NCBI GenBank assembly: GCA_028715965.1
Contig: JAQUQS010000003.1
Coordinates: forward strand, 78,494 to 142,493
Direction of reading: 5' to 3'
DNA from: Candidatus Omnitrophota bacterium
GTDB lineage: Bacteria; Omnitrophota; Gorgyraeia; Tantalellales; Tantalellaceae
DNA length: 64,000 bases
This document shows, in pieces, positions 57,501-64,000 of this stretch. The notes below the pieces were generated by a model. The model saw only the letters and a list, made by a program, of their open reading frames with translations. It was not told where the DNA came from and ran no database searches. The position numbers and the translations under genes were made by a program. The stretch's first letter is position 1; each line of letters opens with the position of its first letter.

Positions 57501-60500
57501 CTTGGGTATACGACAGAATTCGCCAACCGTCCGAAAAGTTGGGCGTCGGTCTCGTCGGCGTTAGCCTGCTGCAGAACTACCTGCGCGTGTGTCCACGCCA
57601 GGTCGAACACGCGTCCCGCAAGATGCCTATCCCTGTATTTATCCACGAACTCAAGGGCTTTTTCCCTGGTATCCGCCATGCCGGTGACAAAGTCGACCAC
57701 GACCGTCTCTTCGGGATCGATCACGACCCGGCAGCGTATTGATGTTATCGGGTCAAGTACCGGGCCTTCCGTGCCCGACAGGTCGTTAGAAGTCCTCATT
57801 GCCTCGGCATCATACAGGCTGCCGCCTCTTCCCACGAATTTTGCCCGGTCGGTCTCATACGAAGCGTTGCCTTTCTGCGGGCCATGCACCGCGGCAAGAT
57901 GGAATAGATATGGCTCGGGATCCGGCGCGGAACGTTTCCTGCGTGAACATAGTATGGCCTGTTTTTCCCTTATTATCTCTGTACTCACGAATAGCTTGCT
58001 GAAAGCGGGATGCGCGGCGTCAGCCTCGGGATAGGCCATAACGACCTCAGAATAACTCGTCAGTTCTATGACTTTTTTCTCCTTAGAATTATTGACTATG
58101 TTCATCCTGCGTATCTCTATATCGTCTTCCGGCGATACCGCCATCTGCATATGCGTTTCTATATCCCCGTCCCTGCGCCGGAATTCAGCTTTACCTCGGG
58201 AGAATATCGCTTCGTAGTGCTCCGGCATCTTCAACGCCGGTTGATATCCTACAGACCATACTTCTCCTGTATACGAGTCCTTCATGTAGCAGAAAGACCC
58301 CGCGGCGTCCCTCGTTACGTCCGGCTGCCAACGGGTCACCGCAAGTCCGTTCCACCTGGAATATCCACTGCCAGAATTCGTTATCATGACGTTATAATTC
58401 CCGTTGGAAAGAAGATGGACCTCGGGCACAGGGGTATGCGGCGTATTGAATGTCCTGAAAACAGCCTCCTGGCTGATCTGTTCCCTTAATAACATGCCCA
58501 TGGGTTCGTTAAAGTGCAGGTGGAACGGCGTAGCTTTCGGCACGCGTTCATGCAAAAGCACTTCCGCTGCCTGGAATGCCGGGTCCGAAAGGAACCTTCT
58601 CTGCATCCTCTTATCGAGGAGAACGTACGCCATTGAAAGAAAGCTCATCCCCTGATGATGCGCCATGAAGGATCTAACTATCATGGGACCTTGATACCCA
58701 TGCGGCAGTCGTGACGTAGTATAATCCACCGCTTCATAAAAACCGTATTTACCCATTACACCTTCGTTCCGGAGCCGCATCAGGTTTGAGCACGCGCTGT
58801 CGGGCTTGACCATAAGAGCCAGCATGGACGCGTAAGGCGCTATTACGAGATCATCCCCGAGCCCTCTTTTGAATCCCAGGTCAGGCACACCGAAGGCCCT
58901 GTACTGGTAGCTCATGTGCGCGTCCGTAGCGTTATATCCGGATTCGGATATCCCCCACGGCACGCCCTTACGTGAAGTGTACCGGATCTGTTTATTGACC
59001 ACCGTCCTGTAGGTGTGATCCAATATGGTATCCGCGTATGTGGGCATAAAAAGAAGCGGCATCAGGTATTCGAACATGGACCCGCTCCAGGAAAGCAGTA
59101 CCGGTCCTATCCCGCGTATAGTGGTGAAAAGCCTTCCCAGCGTGAACCAGTGTTCCTGGGGGATACGTCCAAGCGCGATACCCACAAAACTCGCCAGACG
59201 CGCCTCGGACGCGAGAAGGTCATAACAACTCGGGTCACGGCGGCGTTCCGTAACATTGTACCCCACGGATAAGAGCTTATAGGCGCCATCATAAAGGAAC
59301 TCGAACTCCATGTCGGCCAGTTCACCACATTCAAGCGAAAGCCTTTCGAGTTCCGTTATCCTTTCACTGGCACGAGTGGCACCTTCCTCCACGGCGGACA
59401 AAAATCCGTCGATCCACTCACATATGATCTCTTTTTTCTTACCGGTCCCTATATTAGCGCGTTCCACGACCTGTCTTATGCCCTTAACATCTATTCTTGC
59501 CAGGTCCGTCAGGCTCCGCATCCCATCTAATTTCTCCATCTCACTGCGAATGTTCCGCACAAGCTCGTTCTCATCATATACCCCCCCGGCATATATCTCC
59601 ACAGGCACTTCCAGCTTAAGCCATGGCATCAGACCATCTATTTCCCTTATCCAGTCAAAACATTGTCTTTCAAGCGCGCCGGCCCACCATTTCACCTCGC
59701 CGCTCTTATCCGCCCACGTCGCTTCGGATATTTCGGAGGCCAACTTTCCGATATCCTCCAACGCGCTCCTTATATCCTTGAACGTATCAGCTGGCGCGGA
59801 GCAGGTTTCTTTTATGCCCCTAAGCTTGTCGCCGAGTTCCACGGGAAGGCCCTCCACGGCCTTCATCTCGGACGCGAGCACGAAAGCCGTATTTTCGACG
59901 CCCTTCAATATCCCGTCCGGGACAGCCTCCGCCGTCTGGAGCCCCAAAAGGCCCTGTTTAAGGACAAGTAACGCGCCGGCAAGGTTCCCGCTGTCGACCG
60001 ATGATATATACAAAGGCTGCAATGTCCTCAGCGTCTGCGTATCATACCAGTTGTAAAAATTGCCCCTGAAACGCTCGAGTTTTTTCATTGTCTCCAGAGT
60101 GTTCTCGGTCCTCTCAAGGAAACCCGCGCAAGAAATATACCGGAAGTCATACGCGGATAGGTTTGAAAGAAGGGCCATGCCCATATTGGTCGGGGAAGTC
60201 CTGCGCGCCGTGATCTTGAGCGGCTCTTCCTGATGGTTATCCGCCGGCAGCCAATTGCTCTCGGCGTTGACGAACTGTTCAAAATACCGCCAGGTCCTGC
60301 GCGCCGCTTCCCGCAGGAAAGCGTCCTGTGACGGTCTCAGCTTTATCTTGCGCGGCGGCCTTATCTGACTTAACCACCAGGCTATCGCCGGAGATATCAT
60401 CCATAACACCAATAGGGGCGCGGCCACCACAAGTATAGCGGGTCTCAGGTGGACGAGACAGGTCGCGGCCACCACCGCGAGGACCGGCCCGGTCCACATC

Positions 60501-63388
60501 GAAGCGTAAAACCCGGCGAACCTTGTATGCGCGAGCCGCTTCATGTCGCTAGAGGTCACCCATTCCAGTGTTTTTCGGCGAGTCACGAACATGCGTATAA
60601 GGGCGCGCGCGATAGCGTCCACGTTCAGGAACGCCTCAAAAGGCAAAGTGGTGATCATGAATACCGCCTGCACGAGCCTTTTTACGGCACTGTGTACCTG
60701 GCTTTTTAAATGAGCTCCCAGAGGGGCTTTCGGCGGTTTTTTAAAAAGTTCCACGGCCGACACTGCCAGCTGCGGCACAAGTATCATAGCGAAAACGAAC
60801 ATGGTCCAGAACACGGCGTTATCCTGGATGACCCATCCTATAAAAAGAAGCAGCGTCATGGCGACGGGGACCAGCGAACGCCAGAGGTTATCGAATATTT
60901 TCCATTTTGAAAGGAGTGATATGGGGTTCCTTATCCAGCTTCCGCCCATACAAGGCGCCATGGGCAAAAGCCAGTAGATTATCTGCCAGTCCCCGCGTAC
61001 CCACCGGTGTTTTCTATTCGCGTCCACGATGTAACTGGAAGGATATTCTTCAAAGAACTGTATATCACTCACAAGTCCCGACCTCGCGTAACACCCCTCC
61101 AGGAGATCGTGGCTAAGTATGAGATCATCGGGGAACCGTCCATCCATCGTTCTTGTGAACATATCCACGTCATACAGGCCCTTGCCGATAAAAGACCCCT
61201 CGCCGAAAACATCCTGGTAGACGTCCGATACGGCCTGGGTATAGGGATCTATACCGGGGTCCCCGCTGAAAAGCCGGGCGAACCACGAGCGGCGGGCTCC
61301 GGCCATGCTCACTCCCACCCTGGGCTGTAATATCCCGTATCCCTCGGAAACTATACCCCGTTTCTCGTCATAGACCGGCCTGTTGAGCGGATGCGCTATT
61401 GTAGCTACAAGTTCCCGTGCCGCCTCCAGCGGCATATGTGTATCCGTGTCGAGAGTTATAACATATTTAACGTCCTGCAGGGGAGAGATATCTCCCACTA
61501 CCAGCATGCCTTCGTTCGCGGGCCTCTTGCCCCTGAGAAGTAAATTAAGTTCGGAAAGCTTCCCCCTCTTCCTCTCATAGGACATCCAGACGTTCTGCCG
61601 GGGGTTCCAAGTCCTGGGCCGGTGGAACAAAAAGAACCTGTCGACGCCACCGGTGGAATGGCTGCTGTTAAGTTCCATTATTCCCATAGTGATGTACTCG
61701 AGGAGCTCTCCGTCCCCGGGCATGTCCTGGGACGGCGCGTCCGGGAAATCCGTCAGGAGACCGAAGAACAGGTTATCATCCCTGTTAGCCAGGTACCGCA
61801 CCTCGAGATCCTCGATCAGGTGATCTATGCCTTGTTTACTGCGCAGCATCGTGGGAACAACAGTAAGCGTACGGGCCGAAGCGGGTATACCCCTGGTAAA
61901 ATCCATACGTGCCAGGACTCTCGGCGCCACCATCAAGGTCATAAGCCAGTTCGTTATGGATATCGCGAACCGGCTCGAACAGAGCACAAGGACCGCTCCC
62001 AGTAACCACATGCTTCGCACGCCTAAACCATGTATATATCCGAAGCTCAATCCCGTTATGACCGCGGCAGCGATGAACAAGGCTATGGTACACAGGTAGA
62101 AAAAGAGCGGGAACTTCCTGCCAAGCTTTGATACAAGTTCCCCTAACCTCAAACGCAGCCTCACCGCCCTCTGCATAAAAGGCAGCCCTTTGTCTATAAG
62201 GAAATACCCTACATGCGCGGCCCTGTCATCACTCCCTGTCTCAGAGGCCTTCTCACGAGCAAGCGTTACCGCCCGCCGCGCCACTTCTTCTTCCGAAAGC
62301 CCGGTCCTCCTGGCGAGGTTCTCTACAACATGACGATAGCGGTCACGTGTGGCGAAATCCATGGAAGCATAAAACCCGTTCGGGTCAGCCGAGAGCGTAC
62401 GTTCCACCACACTCAGCGCGGTCACGAAATCACGCCAGTCTATGGCCCCGAGCGTCCTGAGACTGTTTATGGTGTTCGATATGGACACCTGGTCCGCGGC
62501 CTGCTGTTGGCTATCAAGATGTACAAGGCGTTCTATACGTTTCCCCTGTTCCATGAGCCGCTGCTCAAGCCATGATATAGGCAACGCCAGCGCGGAGCTC
62601 TGTCCTTGGAGACGACGCGTGAACTCGGCCACGAAAGCGGGCGTGAACGGCGGGTCCGATCGCGCCATATCGGCCATCTCGAGAATAAGCGCGTTGGGCT
62701 CCTTTTCAGCCACCACTATCATCTTCTCTGCCCAGGAAGTAGCTATATCCCGTTCCCTACGGCGCGCTTCCACGCGAAGCGCCACACGCCTGAGGTTCTC
62801 TACAAGCGCGAGCCGTATCATGATAGGTACGGCCCACAGTTCACCAAGCTTGAGCGATATGACATTCTGGTATGACGCGACGAAAACGGAAAGGCTTTCC
62901 TCATCCACACGTCCGTCACCATGCGATATGAGGTTATACGCTATTTCATATACCCGGGGATACCCGGCGAACGGTCCCTTGATAAGACGCGGAAGTTCCC
63001 GGCTGTAGGTCTTTGGGAAATGCTGATGTATGGTCCTTATCTGTTCACGTATCAGGTAGAAATTATCTAGAAGCCATTCTCCCGCCGGCGATATGCTCCT
63101 GTCACCGTAAACGGCCTCCATCAAGAGCTTGTGTGTCCTGATAAGGACCTTTTCGTTCTCCGCGAGACGTTCGTGCAGCTTTACTTTGCCCCGCATGACC
63201 TTAACTTCTTTGCCCCTGTTCCTGGCCAACGCTTTGGCGTGGTATTGAAGTTGTTCCAGGCTGCAGAGTTCCGAACGGAGGGGTTCTTCTTCCCCGGCCC
63301 GCTTGACCAGGTTAGCGGTCAGCAGTATCCTGGCCTTACGGCGAAGGCTTATCATGGTCTTAAATATATATTTCCTTATCTTATCCAA
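54593..63388 (-). CDS. cgs: Cyclic beta-1,2-glucan synthase (Cgs/NdvB/ChvB type: N-terminal membrane/GT domain plus C-terminal GH94 phosphorylase-like domain), 2931 aa
   Basis: Conserved N-terminal ...SPAGEWLLDNFYLIREQIR..., TM cluster, GT region with VITLDTDTHMPLEAAREL and GKGLYDVDMFTRTMDGRFPDDLILSHDLLEGCYARSG, then long GH94-like region to the C-terminus; uninterrupted 8.8-kb ORF. Confidence 0.8.
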   Translation of the reverse strand: MDKIRKYIFKTMISLRRKARILLTANLVKRAGEEEPLRSELCSLEQLQYHAKALARNRGKEVKVMRGKVKLHERLAENEKVLIRTHKLLMEAVYGDRSISPAGEWLLDNFYLIREQIRTIHQHFPKTYSRELPRLIKGPFAGYPRVYEIAYNLISHGDGRVDEESLSVFVASYQNVISLKLGELWAVPIMIRLALVENLRRVALRVEARRRERDIATSWAEKMIVVAEKEPNALILEMADMARSDPPFTPAFVAEFTRRLQGQSSALALPISWLEQRLMEQGKRIERLVHLDSQQQAADQVSISNTINSLRTLGAIDWRDFVTALSVVERTLSADPNGFYASMDFATRDRYRHVVENLARRTGLSEEEVARRAVTLAREKASETGSDDRAAHVGYFLIDKGLPFMQRAVRLRLRLGELVSKLGRKFPLFFYLCTIALFIAAAVITGLSFGYIHGLGVRSMWLLGAVLVLCSSRFAISITNWLMTLMVAPRVLARMDFTRGIPASARTLTVVPTMLRSKQGIDHLIEDLEVRYLANRDDNLFFGLLTDFPDAPSQDMPGDGELLEYITMGIMELNSSHSTGGVDRFFLFHRPRTWNPRQNVWMSYERKRGKLSELNLLLRGKRPANEGMLVVGDISPLQDVKYVITLDTDTHMPLEAARELVATIAHPLNRPVYDEKRGIVSEGYGILQPRVGVSMAGARRSWFARLFSGDPGIDPYTQAVSDVYQDVFGEGSFIGKGLYDVDMFTRTMDGRFPDDLILSHDLLEGCYARSGLVSDIQFFEEYPSSYIVDANRKHRWVRGDWQIIYWLLPMAPCMGGSWIRNPISLLSKWKIFDNLWRSLVPVAMTLLLFIGWVIQDNAVFWTMFVFAMILVPQLAVSAVELFKKPPKAPLGAHLKSQVHSAVKRLVQAVFMITTLPFEAFLNVDAIARALIRMFVTRRKTLEWVTSSDMKRLAHTRFAGFYASMWTGPVLAVVAATCLVHLRPAILVVAAPLLVLWMISPAIAWWLSQIRPPRKIKLRPSQDAFLREAARRTWRYFEQFVNAESNWLPADNHQEEPLKITARRTSPTNMGMALLSNLSAYDFRYISCAGFLERTENTLETMKKLERFRGNFYNWYDTQTLRTLQPLYISSVDSGNLAGALLVLKQGLLGLQTAEAVPDGILKGVENTAFVLASEMKAVEGLPVELGDKLRGIKETCSAPADTFKDIRSALEDIGKLASEISEATWADKSGEVKWWAGALERQCFDWIREIDGLMPWLKLEVPVEIYAGGVYDENELVRNIRSEMEKLDGMRSLTDLARIDVKGIRQVVERANIGTGKKKEIICEWIDGFLSAVEEGATRASERITELERLSLECGELADMEFEFLYDGAYKLLSVGYNVTERRRDPSCYDLLASEARLASFVGIALGRIPQEHWFTLGRLFTTIRGIGPVLLSWSGSMFEYLMPLLFMPTYADTILDHTYRTVVNKQIRYTSRKGVPWGISESGYNATDAHMSYQYRAFGVPDLGFKRGLGDDLVIAPYASMLALMVKPDSACSNLMRLRNEGVMGKYGFYEAVDYTTSRLPHGYQGPMIVRSFMAHHQGMSFLSMAYVLLDKRMQRRFLSDPAFQAAEVLLHERVPKATPFHLHFNEPMGMLLREQISQEAVFRTFNTPHTPVPEVHLLSNGNYNVMITNSGSGYSRWNGLAVTRWQPDVTRDAAGSFCYMKDSYTGEVWSVGYQPALKMPEHYEAIFSRGKAEFRRRDGDIETHMQMAVSPEDDIEIRRMNIVNNSKEKKVIELTSYSEVVMAYPEADAAHPAFSKLFVSTEIIREKQAILCSRRKRSAPDPEPYLFHLAAVHGPQKGNASYETDRAKFVGRGGSLYDAEAMRTSNDLSGTEGPVLDPITSIRCRVVIDPEETVVVDFVTGMADTREKALEFVDKYRDRHLAGRVFDLAWTHAQVVLQQANADETDAQLFGRLANSVVYPSYLRRAGASVIMKNRREQSGLWGYSISGDLPIVLVRISDPANIDLVRQMLKAHIYWRMKGLEVDLVIWNEDHSSYRQDLQNKIMGMVTAGMEAHFLDRPGGVFIRQSEQISEVDKILFQTLARIIISDTMGTLAEQIDRRSRSDLKVPRLIPTRKRPAKREGEEFSPFVELVFFNGLGGFTPDGREYVIFLKPGMVTPAPWANVIANPFFGTVVSERGGAYTWFDNSSQYRLTPWYNDPVSDISGEAMYIRDEEAGNFWSPSPGPARGQTGYAVRHGCGYTVFSHREDGIETELWVYVAIDAAVKYSFLKIKNVSGREKKLSLTSYVEPVLGEARDKTQMHVVTEIDPKTGALFMRNYYNADFGQYTTFLDVSESVKTTTGDRAEFIGRNGDYRSPAAMHRTKLSNRLGAGFDPCGAIQTKLELADGQEKEVAFILGAGRNADEARDLVKRYKGTASARENLNNVWNYWNHMLGAVYVNTPEASMNVMTNSWLLYQTVACRMWARSGYYQSGGAFGFRDQLQDAMALVHSAPYMLREQIVRASGRQFREGDVQHWWHEPYGAGVRTHFSDDLLWLPLAVARYVKATGDTGVLEERTSFLEGRPLDPDTDAYYDRPARTEEKATVYEHCVRALSRAFRYGEHGLPLMGAGDWNDGMNLVGAEGKGESVWLAFFLFYVVKEFGAIARMRGDIHFEEKCRHESDRIAKSIDEKAWDGKWYLRAFFDDGKTLGSHKNEECSIDSIAQSWSVISAAGDKKLAETAMDQVYRKLVHKDAGLIQLLAPPFDTSDMDPGYIKGYLPGIRENGGQYTHAAVWVVIAFILLGDRKKAWELFQMINPVNHGSDAKKMSVYKVEPYVVAADVYASSPHAGRGGWTWYTGSAGWMYRLVVEHILGITLEDCTLAFKPCVPDEWAGYTVHYRFRETVYHIHFKRVGPGGAVSGLTVDGDASGDARVHLIDDHREHEVKVDIGK

Positions 63389-63571
63389 GCCAGGCCCTCA
63401 TCTGTACCTCGTTATTATTTATGTGCTAAGTATTATTCCTCTACTATACTATTACATTATATTGATTATGTAAAACAAAAATAGCAGGCGGCGGCCCGGT
63501 CCTCCCCTTTTCAGCGTTACCATCGCTCCAAAAGCTGTCCTCTTGGCCATATATACGCGTTTTGTGGTAAA

Positions 63572-64000
63572 ATAGCATATCATGAGAATAGGTTATCCCT
63601 GCATAAACAGGCGTATAGGCTGTACCGCTAACCATACTTTTCGCCTGGCGTCATACAGCAGATCGCGCCTTATCGATACCATATCAAAGAACCTGGCATG
63701 CCTCGGGAACATACTCAGGTTCAATGTCGATAACGGACTTCTCTTTTTCAGGATAAGTTCCGACCTGGTGCCGTTCGCTTCCCACCCCCTATGCCGTTTC
63801 GACTGGGCGGGGCATTTTGAAAAGGACCTTCGCGGCATTGGGTCGTTCATCAAGGAACACGGTATACGCATCTCTATGCATCCCGACCAGTTCGTGCTTA
63901 TAAATTCTACTTCTCCGGACATAGTGGAACGTAGCATAGCCGAGCTCGACTATCACGCGAAGGTGCTCGATACTATGGGGCTGGGTCCGGACGCGAAGGT
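63572..64000 (+). CDS. uvsE: UV DNA damage endonuclease UvsE/UVDE, N-terminal part (truncated by window end)
   Basis: [22 protein letters not shown]... and ...[20 protein letters not shown] match UvdE family N-terminal motifs; no stop before the window end. Confidence 0.65.

Noticed and set aside
54620-63008. Numerous plus-strand ORFs inside the cyclic glucan synthase region
   Set aside because: Antisense to the continuous 2931-codon ORF with strong family-specific motifs.
63593-63937. Minus-strand 114-aa ORF
   Set aside because: It overlaps, antisense, the plus-strand reading frame with clear UvsE/UVDE N-terminal motifs starting at 63572.
1-64000. CRISPR arrays, integrases, transposases, phage genes
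   Set aside because: I saw no short regularly spaced direct repeats and no recombinase or transposase-like ORFs in any frame. The only mobile-element-like signal is the 47-bp duplication with the hairpin insert, reported under findings.

Overview
This 64-kb window looks like chromosomal DNA from a diderm (outer-membrane-bearing) bacterium, probably an anaerobe, whose lineage I cannot place from the sequence alone. Coding density is high and almost every gene lies on the minus strand. I found no rRNA, tRNA, CRISPR array, integrase or transposase.

Recognisable content, in order:
- a nickel-regulator NikR gene directly followed by an OprB-family porin (partial at the window start);
- a compact Ski2/DSHCT-type helicase;
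- an ABC ATPase and an HI0933-type flavoprotein;
- a two-component block with a Cache/PAS histidine kinase, one CheY-like response regulator and two tandem paralogous regulators carrying a receiver plus a degenerate second receiver domain, followed by an AsmA-like protein and a DUF2062 protein;
- an envelope-stress island with a secreted peroxiredoxin, an ECF sigma/anti-sigma pair, two periplasmic LTxxQ (Spy/CpxP-like) proteins, a parvulin and a TMEM175-like K+ channel;
- a 1710-aa multidomain protein (GNAT, cytidylate-kinase-like P-loop and large unassigned regions);
- a membrane GGDEF cyclase;
- a tightly packed eight-gene minus-strand operon headed by Fur and preceded by a near-consensus Fur box (fur, DUF5320, two NifX-like, two MinD/ferredoxin ATPases, a methyltransferase and a ferredoxin);
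- a radical SAM protein with a helix-hairpin-helix tail, FKBP, pyruvoyl-dependent arginine decarboxylase and LpxD;
- a beta-barrel outer membrane protein plus a 1172-aa coiled-coil secreted protein;
- a cation/H+ antiporter fused to a PTS EIIA domain, an aminotransferase, an alpha/beta hydrolase, an autotransporter and a GYD protein;
- a 2931-aa cyclic beta-1,2-glucan synthase (Cgs/NdvB type) and a partial UvsE at the window end.

The most unusual signals are non-coding. A roughly 45-nt conserved core occurs twice, 17 kb apart, each time closed by a different perfect stem (covariation). One copy sits in a 230-bp insert flanked by a 47-bp direct duplication of the 3' end of the GYD gene. TTTATCTAGA palindromic sites cluster in one divergent promoter. 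The giant GNAT/kinase fusion protein is also unusual.
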